Of a stretch of DNA of 64,000 nucleotides, positions 40,556-55,100 are shown piece after piece. The stretch lies in assembly GCF_009914755.1 (NCBI RefSeq), contig NC_060927.1; one strand, given 5' to 3'. The first letter of the stretch is position 1. Every line of letters starts with the position of its first letter. A program made the translations under genes and the position numbers. This DNA comes from the human T2T-CHM13v2.0 reference genome, Homo sapiens. Below the pieces are notes generated by a model. That model was not told the DNA's origin. It was given only the letters and a program-made list of their open reading frames with translations, and made no database searches.

Positions 40556-41766
40556 GTGAGTCCTTAAAACTGCAGATACTTGTAGTAACCAACGTACACA
40601 TAGTCAATAACACAGACACCTTCCTTGGTCCCTGGGTTTGTCTGAAAATGGGAGGCTTGGGGCTGTGTGTCAGGGTGACCCCAGGAGGAATGAAGAAGCC
40701 TAATGGTCCTCAGGATTTGCACCAAGCCATTTAAAGGTATTGAACAATTCTGAGTATTTAAAACGTTAGCACTAGCAAAGGAGACAGAATAGTTCAGTGG
40801 AAAGAACTCTAAATTCAGAGTCAGAAACTGAAGTTCTAATTTCAGCTTTGCCACTAATAAGCTGAGTAACCTTGAAGAACATCTTTTCTCTCAATATCTA
40901 TCCTTGTCTTTTCCCTTCTCTCTCTGCTCACTCACTCTTTCTCCTTTCTCACTTAATTTTAAGTTGAAAATAGTAGACTTGATGATTCCCAATGTCCTAT
41001 TTTCAGTGGATCTAAGTTATAGATATGTGAAGATTCCATTGAATGTTTGATTCCTATATGGTGGTTTCACATATACATAGTGATCTCAGGCTGGGTTCTA
41101 GGGAGTTTTCACTGAAGTAACTGTAAAAACAGAAAGTGTAGGATTTTGCATCGGAAACTAGGATAATGAAAGCAATATACATTAATAAATCAACCAATGA
41201 GGATGTATTCGGCAAGTAACACGTCTAAAGGAGACTTGAGGGAGGCAGCCTGAAAAAGGATTAGTTTCACCAGTGGTGGAAAAGACACTCAACTGGGAAC
41301 TGGTACAGGAAAGAGAATCAATATGAAAGAAGAATTAATGTGAAACAGAATGAAAACGACTAGACCCTATGCTGTCTTTCCTTCGTATCCATGTTCTGAG
41401 CAAAATCAACCTTCAGGATAAATCGCATAGAGTCATGTGGATAGCAGTGGGGAAATGACATAATGTGTGAAATTAATGAACTGCTTGGTGAAATTTTTCA
41501 ATTCAATCATACTGATTTCTCACATTACTAGATAACCTTTCTGGGAAGTGGTTAGTGTCATATTTTGTTAAAGAAAAAATCCTTCTTAATGCCTGAAGTG
41601 CACTCCTGTAAGCCTAATTTATTTTTTCTTTGTAGAGCCCTAATATTTTCTGTTAGCAAGTTGTAACTACCAAACCAAAAAAAAGATAAAAAATTGCATT
41701 AGATAACAATTCACGTTTTGGAGCCAATTACAGTTTATAATACATAATCATACCCTTTATTTCATT

Positions 41767-41879
41767 TGTCTGACTCTCTCTCTTCTCGTCCCCAACCTCT
41801 CACCCCAATGTCCCCCAACCCCGCCATTAGGATCAAAATACTCTGTTTTTATTTATTTACTCCACAGCTGTAAGCCTAA
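41767..41879 (+). repeat. Repeat C inserted copy plus a second templated patch, flanked by a 14-bp duplication
   Basis: tttatttcatttgt at 41756-41769 and 41880-41893; ctgtaagcctaatttattt at 41606-41624 equals 41868-41886. Confidence 0.93.
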
Positions 41880-42045
41880 TTTATTTCATTTGTGTAAAGC
41901 AATAACTCTATGAGGTGGCCAAGTAGTCATTGTTATTTCCATATGGAAACTTCATTTCCATATGAAGTTTGCTAAGTTATTTGCTAAGCTCACACAGATA
42001 CTGTGGTAATGTCACCAAAACACAGATTTTAATTTTCATTAATTA

Positions 42046-42451
42046 CAGTTGGTCATTGAACAACACAGGCTTGAACTGCACAGGTCCACTTATATGTGGA
42101 TGTTTTTCAATAAAACTTACACAAAGTGTGTCTTCCTCTTCTGCTTCCTCTTCCAGCTCCTCTATCTGTTCCATCTCTGCCACCCAGAAACAGCAAGATG
42201 GAGCCCTTCTCTTCAGCAAGATGGAGCCCTTGTCTTCCTCCTCCTCCTCCTCAGCCTACTCTACATGACAAACTTTATGATAATCCACTTCCACTTAATG
42301 AAGAGTAGATCTATTTTCTTAATAACATTTTCTTTTATCTAGCTTATTTTAGTATAAGAATACAGTAAATAATACATAGACAAAATATGTGTTAATTGTC
42401 TATGTTATCAATAAGGCTCCATTATTAGTTATGTTTTGGAGGAGTCAGAAG
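42046..42451. mobile_element. Tigger2a/MER28 (TcMar-Tigger), right end missing
   Basis: TA + cagttggtcattgaacaacacaggcttgaactgcacaggtccacttata terminus; cctcagcctactc...atccacttccacttaatgaa; internal 23-bp tandem duplication 42191-42236. Confidence 0.85.
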
Positions 42452-42454
42452 CCT

Positions 42455-42973
42455 CGGTCATGGGGTTCCCAGATGTTTAGTCAAACATTACTGTGGGTGT
42501 TTCTGTGAGGGCGTTTTTGGATGAGATTAACATTTAAATCAGTAGAGTGAATAAAGCAAACTGCCTTCTCTAATGTGGGTGGGCCTCATCCAATCAACTG
42601 AAGGCCTGCATAGAACATAAAGACTGACCCCCCCCCCCCCGGCCAACCTCTCCCAAGTAAGACAGAATTCTTTCTGCCTGGGGGTTCTTGAACTGGGATA
42701 TGGGCTTTTAGCTTTTTTCTGTCTTCAGACTAAAACTGAAACATTGGCTCTTACTGGGTTTGAGTCTGCCAACTTTTGAATTGAAACTACCCCACTGGCT
42801 CTCCTGATTTCCAGCTTGCTGACTCACCCTGCAGATCTTGGGACTTGCCAGCCTCCATAATTGTGTGGGCCAATTTCTTATAATAAATTTCTTTATTATT
42901 TATACACACAAACACACACACACACACATACATCCTCTTGGTTCTGTTTCACATGAGAACCGTGGCAAATGCA
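42455..42973 (+). mobile_element. MLT2-family (ERVL) LTR, left end missing
   Basis: gtttctgtgagggcgtttttggatgagattaacatt...gggtgggcctcatccaatca...gcagatcttgggactt...ttggttctgtttc. Confidence 0.88.
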
Positions 42974-43418
42974 GAGAGTTTACTTATTTGTTATATTCTT
43001 TTTCAAGTCTTCAACTCTGGTTTAAAACTAAATATGTGCATTTATTATTCTAGAGCATGAGGACATAACCTCACAAAAGTTATATAGAAAATATTCATTT
43101 GTAAAACAAATCAATATGCCTGGTTAGCATTTCCTCATTAATTTCTTCCAGTGAAAGATGTGCTCTAATATGAAAAAATCTTTCAGTGAACATATGTGCA
43201 AAATTCCTTCAATAAGTGCTTGTTGAGCAACAATAGCTATGCTGGGTAAACTAGTGGAGCTCTCAGAGGGACCTTAGAAATGATTTAATTAAATTTCTTT
43301 ATTTTAGAGAAGTCCAGTAATGACCATCATTCATACAACAATTCAGTCAGAGAATTGCGCTAAAACATTACAGTGTTGATTTCTATCTTCAGATGCTATC
43401 TCCCTGTAACTCACTTAA

Positions 43419-43801
<383 letters not shown>

Positions 43802-45559
43802 TCAATCATAGGTTCTTTAGAGACTTATAATTCACCAGATATTGTACCAAATCCTACTGAAACAATTTGGTAACAATAATGCTTGGAAATTTTAATCAGA
43901 TATTTGTAGAGTTTCTAAGCAATTAATTGACAATAGTATCCTAAGGTGCAGAGAGCTTTGGTTTAGGAGTCCGTGAGGAATAAATTTTTACCAATAATTT
44001 TCTAGCAGTCCTTAAGCAAGTCCCTTAATTTCTCTGGATCTTTATTTTATCGTTAGTAAAATTATGAGACCTCTTTAGAGATTTCATTTTTTTTCTGACT
44101 TTCAGACAGCATGACTCAAATTTGACTATTTTATAGATATTCAGAATGATAATGACAAGATGAATTCCTTTATCTTAAAGGGTGAGTAATCCGTGTCACA
44201 GAAATTTTGATTTGTCTCATTATTTATTATGTACTTAATATCAAATTTTTGTTTTGTTTTAATTTTGAACGTTTGTATAGTGTTATCATTATATAGTGGT
44301 TTTGGACCTTGTTTACCAAAAGGTTTTTGTCCTGTAAAAGAAAATAACTGCAGAAAGGTAGTTTAATTCATGGAAAGTAATTCATTTAAATCTAACTGTG
44401 AATAGACTGTTAAATATCTACTTGGTTTTGTTTATGAAATTGACAGAATTTTAGCTTTGGGTGAAATCAGCACACAACGAGAGGAATGTAGTGGCCCAAA
44501 CCACCACTGGAGAGCAGACTAAAAATTCTCAAATGGCCTTTAGTTGGAATGAATTGCTTTGTAAATTCTTTCCATCTCCAATTCTCATGATTCTGCAATA
44601 ACTCTACTTCCTGAATGTAAAAATAGGCTGTAAGTAGAGCAGAGAAATGGTGGCTCTCTTCCACCTTAGGAAGAAAGGTTTTTTCTGTAAGGTAGAGGGG
44701 TCCAATTCCCAACCAGGCTCACTTTTTTTCAACACAAGGGAAACACCATCTAACTTTTTTTCTTTTCTTTTTTTTTTTAAGCCACCTAACTTTTGAGGGC
44801 CTTATATGACTAAGAATACTGAGATATAGCAGACACATTCTTGGATGTGAAAAGGTACTCTAAAAATATAGATATCATTGACCTGGCACCAATAGGCTCT
44901 TATCCCATCCTTCCCTTCCTCCTACCCCCACCCCTGCAGTGTATCTTAAGTAAAAGTAGCATCCAAATATAAAGCAGATGGGTCGTGTCCCATTCCATGG
45001 GATCTTGAAATGTCTGCACTTAAAACAGGATAAAGTTAAAGCTGTGTTTGAAGTGGCCCAAACTAGGGCACCAAGAGCAGCTGCTCTTCCTTCCAGCTGG
45101 ATCCCTCAGCCTGGCAACGAAGGTGAGAGTTACCTTGACACATTCTCATTTCCAGGCATCTGGAGATCAACTGTACATATTGCTTAAGGCAAAAGGCTGA
45201 CAAGTTCAAAGCAGAACAAAACAGAAAACAAGAATCAGAACAATAATAAAAACTTTTTCCACCTAATTTATTTTTTAAAGGAAATAATCCATTTGAAAGT
45301 GTGAATAATACATACAGTGTATTCTGTACTATTTTAAGTGACATACATTTTATATCTTTCTATAGTTTTCTTAACTCAACTGCTTCTGAACGTATTCGTT
45401 TTCCAATATTCAGGATGAGGAGACAGGTATCCAAAACTCTGTAGATAGATTTCGACAACTTCATTAAGAAAATGAGCTAATTCTATGTAGAGGCTTGGTA
45501 TGTAACACCAGGCTTAAAGTAATGGCAAATGACTTAGCAGTTAGAGAATTCACATTTGC

Positions 45560-45800
45560 TTGCTATTATTACCTAACATTTATTGAGACTCTACATTTTA
45601 TAAGGCATTGTGATATTATTTCATTGAATCCTTACTGCAACATTTTGAAGTAAGACATTATTAGTGTCATAGAAAGGTAGGACGCAAGGTTCAGAGAAAT
45701 TGTATTAACCTAGTTTATACAACTAGATGGTGGTAGATTAATGATCCAAACTCAATCCACCTAAACTACAGGCCTGTTTTATAAACTACTACGTTCCATG
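45560..45800 (-). mobile_element. MIR SINE
   Basis: ctaacatttattgag...ttcattgaatcctta...aggttcagagaa. Confidence 0.6.
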
Positions 45801-45994
45801 GCAGAAAAAAATAATTGAAATTGTAACTGACATTTTTCTTTTTTAAACCTAGTACTTTTCTGTAACATTACTACGTTGCCCTGACAAATTTGGTAAATCT
45901 AGATTTATTAATTAAGAAGAGATAATAGAGCAGGATCGTTTTTAAATTTCTATTTTTTATTTTTAGCTTTTGAGTTTCAAAACTGTAGCCCTTG

Positions 45995-46445
45995 GAGAGG
46001 GTCAGAGACTGGCCGATTTTACACTAACCCCATTTCTTCTTCCTCTTGGCAAACAGCTAAATGTTACTTTCCAGCTTCTTTTGCAGCTGAGTGTGGCCCA
46101 GGAATATGTGTAGAAGTGATATGCTCCCTCCTTATTCAGATCCATATCCAGATCTGATTTATTAAAAAAAAATAAACACCTCCCACATGGGATAATTATG
46201 AATTATCCTTTCTCTTCCCCTGCTGGCTGACTGGAATGAGACGACCTGCTTGGTAATCACTAAAAGGCATATATTAGACACAGGGGAGTCAACAAAGGTA
46301 AAGATCCTGGGTCCCTGGATCATTGTATGGACGGGAGTCACAGTTCAGAGGATCTGTAACACTGGTTTTAAACTTTCCTGTGAAGAAGTATGTTTCTATT
46401 GTGTTAAGACAGTCCGAGTTGAGGTTTTGTGTCACGCACTATTAT
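45995..46445 (+). mobile_element. MLT1J-like MaLR LTR
   Basis: ctttccagcttcttttgcagctgagtgtggcc...cctgggtccctggatcat...ttctattgtgttaag. Confidence 0.65.
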
Positions 46446-46739
46446 AGATGACAGTGAAAAGGAATTTGAAAAATTTGGGAGGATATCTGACATGTATGTT
46501 TATGTAAGAGTCCACAGTCCAGATGAGGATTTCCTGAAAATCTACAAGGCAAATGACCTGATCTCTTCAAGAAAAGATCTTAGGGGTGAGGGTGGAGCAC
46601 AAAGATTGATAAGAACCTTACCTATTGAAAATAGACTTAAAAGATATATCAATTAATAACAATAACAATAAATCATTCTTATTCGGACCCTAATTCAAGC
46701 AAACACATTGTTTTAAAAGCAAAATATTTATTAGACACT

Positions 46740-47065
46740 CAAAGAAGTGTGAAATATGTGAATACTAAGTAGACATTTGATGATATTAAGGAATTAATGT
46801 TTTTTTCTGATAACAGTACTGTGTAATTTTTTTAAAAACCCTATCATTTATAGATTATTTGATGCTTTCAAATTGAAAGAAATAATGTCTGAGATTTGTT
46901 TCAAAAGTACATTGACGGGGAATGGGTGGGAGTGTAAATAAAACAAGATTAGCTTTGAGTAGATGATTGCTGAAGCTGGGAGATGGGTACATGGGGTTTA
47001 TTATATTATACTTTCCCTATATTTGTGCATGTTTGAAATTTTCTATAATTAAAATTTTAAAAAAA
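46740..47065 (+). mobile_element. L1MC/ME 3' end
   Basis: tttgatgatattaaggaatt...gctgaagctgggagatgggtacatggggtttatta...tgtttgaaattttctataat. Confidence 0.7.
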
Positions 47066-48399
47066 TTCCCAGGTTGAGAAGAGAACTGAGTCCCAAAGCA
47101 ATGAAAATGTTTCTCTGATGCTTTCTCCACTGTAGACCAAAATTTTGGGGAAGACAATCAAATCCTCAGATAAGTTTAAAAAGTAGGGAGCTGAGAGGCC
47201 TGTGCTTTGCTTTCCAGGAAAACCTGAGCAGGAAGCAAAACCCAGTTCAGAAATAACTGCGTGGTTTATGCAAATCAGGACTTAGCTCAGAGTCTCCTAT
47301 GGCCCAGTGTGGACCAGGAGATGCAGAAGGAAACAAAGGAGACACAGAGAAAGGGTTCACTGACTATGAGAATGAGGGATGACTGAGCAGTGATCTGCGT
47401 AGATCTATGGTCATCAGTCAAATTCGTGGTGGATATTTCGGTGCATAATTAGATAGCAGTAGAGACTCAGATGCTTACTGGTGTCTTGGCTTGAAAGAAA
47501 GCCTTTGGAGCTTGCATAAAAACCTAGGAAAAGGAGAAGAACCCTAAAGTGATGAAGATTAAATTTCCACCACTTAGTGAAATGGGATTCCAACATATAC
47601 ATTAGGTTGAATCATATATAAATACAAAAATTTAAAATGTTTTCCCACCTGTGTGTTTGAACTGCAATTCTTACACAATTATAATGCCTCTCAAAAAACC
47701 CAGGGATTACTTCCACTGCATTTAAGTATCCTAGCTAAAGCTCTAAACACAGTCTTTCTCCCTTTATTTTTCCTCTTCATTACCTTTATCTCAGCTTTTT
47801 AACTCAGTTAAATATTTAAATTCTGAGTTCGTTTAGAAAAGCTCTTCCTGGGAGATGAAAACTCTGGGTTAGTGCCTGGATTCTGCTAGTAGCTATTTGC
47901 ATGACTTGAGAAAATAATGGACCTCTTTGGACCTCAGTTTCTTTGTTAGTGAAATAAAGGTTTTATTCCCAATCTACACCCAAATTCTTTTGTAGAATGA
48001 GTTTTTGTGTGCATGTGTGGTTCCAGGAGTATCAGCAAATGTCAGGCTATATTGTGTAGATGTACTCGTTGACCCCGTATATGAGGCTTCATTGATCATC
48101 ATCTATAATAGAATTTTCTCAAGCTGGATTTGGAGTTGACGATTGAAGTAATCAGTACTTCCTGTACATGATATTGGTGGGGAAATCCTAAAATGACAAA
48201 TCCTAAATTCATAAGGAATCTTACAGATTACCTAGATCATTCTTCTGTGACCCAGAGACAATATTATTTGTATGACATTATACAATATTAGTGGTAGAGC
48301 CACACTCTGAACTTGAGTTTTTTTGACTTAGGGTTCCGTTATCTTTTCCTTATTCCTTCCAGCCTCAAATATAAAGCAGTAGATTTCAATATATCTATT

Positions 48400-48830
48400 A
48401 TTGTTATTCAATACTGAATACCGTTACGAAGCATCTGCTGTATACAGAGCATAGAGAAAGTTTCTGTACAAGCAATGTGAGTCACCACAGGGAGTGGGTA
48501 ACAGTTGAGAGGGAAGAAGCACTTATGCTAATTAATTGTACCAGGTGATGTAATTCCAACTGGGCTTCGATGAGGGCTTTCTTGAGGTTTTTTAAAAAAA
48601 TGCTTTGAATATAAAATTGAGGAAGAGCACCCTTCTGGGAGAAGTATGTTATCTGAGCTGGGCCCTGCAATTTGTTTACAATTTTGTTAAACTTGCGGTG
48701 GGAGAAATGAGGAACAGTATTACAGATAAAAAGAACAGCATTAATAAAACCCGAAAGGAAGACAATGTACAGTGTTTGAGGGAAACCTCCATTAGACTGA
48801 TGTGCCTAAAGTCATGGTAAGGCTAGAAAT
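48400..48830 (-). mobile_element. L2 fragment
   Basis: cttctgggagaagtatgttatctgagctgggccctg...gaggaacagtattacagataaaaagaacagcat. Confidence 0.5.
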
Positions 48831-49868
48831 TTACACCTCAGGTTTGGACTTTCTCCAGCAAGAAGTAGTTAAGTAATCACAAAAGTAGCTAAAAGACACG
48901 CAACAATGAAAGTGTTGTGAATACAGTCTCTTCTCAATTTCAAAGTTTTGAAGAGGCTTTAGGTTGGCAAGGTTAACTACATCCCTGTTTGGAAAGACAC
49001 ATGTGCATGTCTCAGTACAGCACACCTAGCTGTGAAGGAAAAAAAAATTTAGAGAAGCGCTTTCTTTAAGTCCGTAAAGAGGCAGATGAAATTGGGGTTA
49101 GCTTAATTGAGAAGGTTAAATTTAAAGTTTGTATTCGACTAGGGACTAAATTAGGACCGGGAAGATACTGGCTTCAGGCCAGAGCTCAGAAATACATTGG
49201 TAATTGAACTTAAAGTGGTTTAAATAGTTTTAAATCAAACTATTTGCCCTTGAGAGCTTTATGGTTGTGTAAAAGCCTGAAATATTCACAATTTTGCATT
49301 TTCACAGTGACAGGACCAGCTGACATTGTAACTATGTTTCTCCCCAACCCCCAACACCCAACAGAGGGCTTAGTTTAACATTGTCTTACTTTCACAGCAT
49401 GTGAGTTACAGCTTTTTGTAATGAAAACCAATAATCAATTCTAAAAAAAAATGACAACAGGTTCATCAAGTTCAGGGCTTTTGTCAGTTTCCACCTGTGT
49501 TCCCTCTGCCTTTGTGTTGGGATAGTACTTACAAATAACTATTTTCCTGGGGGAATCATTTATGCCAAGGAAATAGAAAAACAAATTAAATGTGTATGCC
49601 TTTCCATGATAACAACTGATCTTGTAAAAATTTATTCCTTGTGTAGTTACTTGAAATATTGTGTAAGTTTTTAAGAGCTTTGGCTCTGGAATCCAATACC
49701 TAAATTTTAATTCCAGTTCTACTACTTTCTTTTTCTGAGATTTTGGCAAACTTTTAACTTCTGTGTACTGTAGTTTCTTTGCCTGTAACATGGAGGTAAT
49801 AATACTAGTTATCTCACAGAGATGTTTTGAGGCTTAAATGAGTTATCGTATATAAAGAACATAGAATG

Positions 49869-50472
<604 letters not shown>

Positions 50473-51589
50473 TTATTTGCACCAGCTACTGTTTTTGCCC
50501 TGCCCCTATTCCAGCTACACTGGACTACCCATTCTTCCCAATTAAGCAAGGTGCATTCCCACTTCTGCTCACATAGTTCATTCTGATGAAATGAGCTTCC
50601 CTTACTAAACCTCTTATTAAAATTGTCTTAGGCTTTAAAGTTTGGATCTTGTGATATTTCATTTGTATAGCGCTCTCACACCAAGCCCTCTTCTAGAAAC
50701 CTTTGACAGAGTGAACTAAATTCTCTTCTGTGCTCCCATAACATTTTCAATATTGCATCGTCATTATTTGTTCGTCTTCACCACTAAAATGTGAGCTTCT
50801 TGAGTGCACAAAATGTTGCCCCTTGGTCTCTCTCTTTTCAGAGATTTAGATAGGATCCTGTTCCAAATAAACAGCATATTTATATTTATGGAATTAATTA
50901 ATTATATGGTCACTGTATATATTGATGCCAGAAAAAGAAAAACTATGAAAAATTATGAGAATTCCAATAAAGATAGCACTGAAGTTTGCCCAGCTGTATA
51001 AAAACAAGAATTTCAGTAAATTAATAAGCATGCAGGATTGCAACAGAAAGATTTAGCTTTGATAAGAAGGGATATTTCAAGAATAAACGTTACTTTTATG
51101 GGTGTTAGTGCCAATACATTTTTGCTGAGTATGAAAATAATTATTCCGTGGTTTCCTCCACAACTGTCACAACTGTTTTTCTAAAACTGTGAAGATTTAT
51201 AGCATGATATTCTCACCATACTTCAAAAGCTTTTAGCCTAACAAGTATTGTTTATCTAGTCTCAAACCCTTTACACTGTACTATATTTACACTCACACAC
51301 GTTTACACATATATCAGCACCATTGTCACTTTCCCACTAATGCAGTGCAACATCTCATTAATTTTCTCAGTTAACTATTTTCATGGATTCAAGATTGCTG
51401 AGCAATGTAAAACATTTTCTTAACACTCTTGGTAATATGTAAAATAAGAGTACTGCTCTACAGATGAATATACAACCTAAAATATGTTAGATAATTTTGT
51501 AGAAATATACTATATAAAAATGCAAATTAGTAATTATTTTAGTTCAATGGAATTAAGAAAAACACAGGAATAACATAATAATAAAAATG

Positions 51590-53090
51590 ATAATGATAAG
51601 TGCAATAACCTAGCAAGGACAGATTACAATCATAAACTTGTAGTTACTAAACAATACTGCCTGAAAATATACAATTCTCTAGGCGAATTGAACAAATTCA
51701 TAATCACGGTGGGAGATTTTTAACACATGTATATCATCTATCAGACAAAATTTAGCTATAAATATAAAAGATTTGAAAACAAAATTAACTAGTTTAATCT
51801 ACTTTTTGCAACTAAAAAGGCAATTGGTCACAAAAGAGTTGCACTAAGTTTCAAAAAATGAATATCACATAGAAAATGTTTTTGGCAATTCCAAGTTTTG
51901 TAAATAATGAATAACACAAAATTGTGAACCAAAGTAGGATTAATTTAGAAATCATCTACGTAAGAAAATGCACACCCTTCACTCAACAATAACATATATT
52001 TGCAAATGAAAAAATGCGTTTTGAGATAAGCCACGAGTTAACAAGCAAACCACATTCAACTCAAGAAATTATAAAAAACTACGTAAAACTAAAGAAATCT
52101 GGAGGAAGTAAATACAAATACAAGAGCCAATAATAATTTAAAACAAGAAGGTAAACAGTAAAATCAAAAGCTGACTCTTTAAAAAAATGCAAAAAACTAG
52201 TATAAAAGACACACTATCTAATCAAGAAGAGAAATGGCATAAAAATGTTCTAAATATTCAATAATAAATATTAAATATTTAATAAGTAATACTAAGTTAT
52301 TAATAAATATTAGGAATTAAAAGAGAAGATGACTATTTTCCAGAAAGAATTATAAATTGTAATAAAAACCTTGAATTAAATGAATAACAATTACAAAAAT
52401 TTAGTTAATAATTCAATGTACTCTCTAGGATCTACAGAACCCAGGTGTTTTTATTTTGACTTTTATGAAATCTTCGAGGAATATATCATAAATACATTAA
52501 CTAGTATATTTAGAGAACACCACTGAACTCATTTTATGAGGTAGCTATTACCTCAATCTCAATAACAGTTAATTTTGTATGGCACTTTGTCATGTGTCAC
52601 ATATTATTTTAAGAGTAAGTTGCAAAATGAGAATTCTTTTACACTGCTGATAGAAAAATAATATTATATAATCATTTTAGATATATCTAATAAAGCTGAA
52701 GATAAAAATTCCTTGAACCATCAATTCCTCAACAAGAGATGCTTTTGTATTTGTGCCCTAAGAGACAAGTACCGGAATGTTCATTGCAAAACCATATCAA
52801 TGGAAAGTTGGAAACAAACTAATAGCTACCAAAAGAATGTACAGTTAATACTTATAAACAAAAGTTGCATATATCAATATGGACACATCTCAAAAATAGA
52901 ATGTGGAATTTGTGCATTAAAAGTAAGGCAGCTGGTAGAAAATTGATGAATAAAAAGTCAATATAGAGGTTCTGTGGAGGAAGGGGTTGGATTAGAATTT
53001 GGAAGAAAACCATAAGTAGCTTGAATCATATCTGTGATGTTTTATCACCTGAAAAAATAAAGACAGAAAAAAATCTGAAGAAAAATAATA
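51590..53090 (+). mobile_element. Old L1M (ME-like) ORF2 and 3' fragments
   Basis: ataatcacggtgggagatttttaacac (VGDFNT endonuclease motif), aactcattttatgagg, A-rich degraded L1 sequence. Confidence 0.6.
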
Positions 53091-53192
53091 TAGAAATTGT
53101 CCCAGCATCCAGGTAGAGAAAACAAATCTACAAGGGCCAATATCAGCCATTGCTCCAGTAACATTCAATTCTGAATTATAATGGACCAGTAC

Positions 53193-53602
53193 TGATATAG
53201 CTTAGGTCTGTGTCCTCACCCAAACCTCATGTTTTATTGTAATCCCAGTGTCGGAGGCAGGACCTGGTGGGAGGTAATTGAATCATGGGGGTAAATCCTT
53301 CATGAGTTGTATAGCACTATCCCCTTAGTGCTGTTCTAGTTATAGAGTTCTTATGAGATCTGGTCATTTGAAAGTGTGTAGCACCTCCAGCTGCCCTCTC
53401 ATCCTCCTGCCCCAGCCATGTGAAGTGCTGCTCCCACTTTGCCTTCCACCGTGATTGTACATTCTCTGAGGCCTCCCTAGAAGCTGATGCTACCATGCTT
53501 CTTGTACAGCCTGCAGAACCATAAACCAATTAAACCTCTTTTCTTTATAAATTATCCAGTCTCAGTTATTTCTTTATAGTGATGTGAGACCGGACTAATA
53601 CA
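53193..53602 (+). mobile_element. MSTA-like MaLR solo LTR
   Basis: tgatatag...ggtgggaggtaattgaatcatgggg...gtacagcctgcagaacc...attaaacctcttttctttataa...gactaataca. Confidence 0.92.
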
Positions 53603-53614
53603 TGTGTCTTCTAG

Positions 53615-53830
53615 GTTTCTAAGGAAAGAAGCTGTGATTTAAGAATATCCTACAAGCCAAGATATCATTCATGTATAAAGACAGCACCAGGCAGACATTC
53701 TCACACACGAAAAAGTTGGGGAATATGTCACACATTGACCCTTTTGCAAAGCATTTTCTGTCAAGAAAATCTAACCAATTAAAGGATGAATCAAAATAGA
53801 GAACCCAGGAATTAAGAAATATGATTAAAA
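53615..53830 (+). mobile_element. L1 ORF1-like/HAL1 fragment
   Basis: taagaatatcctacaagccaagatatcattcatgtataaag resembles the (P)RILYPAKLSF motif. Confidence 0.4.
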
Positions 53831-54583
53831 TAAAGCATAGCAAAAGAAGGCTGATAACGAGTAACTTCACTTAAGAACAGAACAAATATTAGACAATTTT
53901 GTTAATTATGATAACAGAACACAACGTACATTTTATAAGTGTAATCAACATAAAATGAATAAAAACTAAAAGCTAGGAGTAGGGGTGATGTGTAATTGCT
54001 AGAGTAGCCATATATTCATCTTTTTTCATCATTCATCATCTTTCTGGCCAAGTGATTCACAATTCTATCCACATTCAAAAAATGTAGTTAAAACATAATT
54101 ATTTCACCTCGTTTTTTATTGTAAACTTTATTTTTTAGAGCAGTTTTGAGTTTACAGCAAAATTAGGCAGAAAGTACTGAATTTCCATATACCCACTACC
54201 TCCATGCATAATCTCCCACTATCAACATATCTCACCAGAGTAGCACATTTGTTACAGTTAATGAATTCACATTGATACATTTTCACCAAAAGTCCATAGT
54301 TTACATTAGGGTTCAAATCTTTGGGTTTTGACAAATGTATAATGACGTGTATTCACCATTGCAGTGTCATACAGAACAGTTTCACTGTCCTGAAAACCCT
54401 CTTTGCTCTGTCTATTCATCCCTTTCTCTCTTCTAACTCTTAGCAACCACTGATATGTTTACTATCTCCAGAGATTTGCCTTTTCCAAAATGTTATAGCA
54501 TTAAAATCATAAGTATGTAGCCTTTTAAGATCAGCTTTTTCCACTTAGTAATATGATTTAAGATTCTTCTATGTCTTTTCATG

Positions 54584-55100
54584 TGTAGGGGAGGCAAAAT
54601 TCTACCTTCACCTTCTTAGGGTCCCGGCTGTGTCTGAGAATTAAATTGGCATGAGCTAGATTAATGGGAGAAAAGCATACAGATTTATTTAACACAGGTT
54701 TTACATGGCATAAGGAAATGAAGACCCAAAGAAGCAGTTAGAGTCAGATACGTATTTATTTAATTAGACAAAGAATAGTAAAGTGTGGAAGTATGATAAG
54801 GCAAAGGAGCTTAGGCTAGGGTAGTTAACTGAGTAGAGATGTACCTAGGAAGATAAGAGTTAGTTTAACATAGCTTGTTTGTACAGAATTCCTATGGCTT
54901 CCTCCTCAATTTCCTCATCCTTGATGATAAGAATGTTTCTTTTCCTCTAGTATAGGGAGGACATCTTCCACATAAAAATTTCATCTTCCGCCTTAAAGGA
55001 AACACTAAAGTCAGAGTGATCTTTTTGCACCTGCTGTTTGTCAAGTGGCTTTAACTTAAATCGTCAATATGACAGAGTGGTATATTTTTAAGTTCTTTAC
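54584..55100 (-). mobile_element. ERV1-class solo LTR (MER67/MER89/MER92-like)
   Basis: tgtaggggaggcaaaa...gattaatgggagaaaagcatacagatttattt...gaaatgaagacccaaaga...cagagtgatctttttgcacctgctgttt. Confidence 0.75.

Noticed and set aside
52250-52315. AT-only quasi-palindromic stretch
   Set aside because: Low-complexity decay inside old L1; no definable donor or structure
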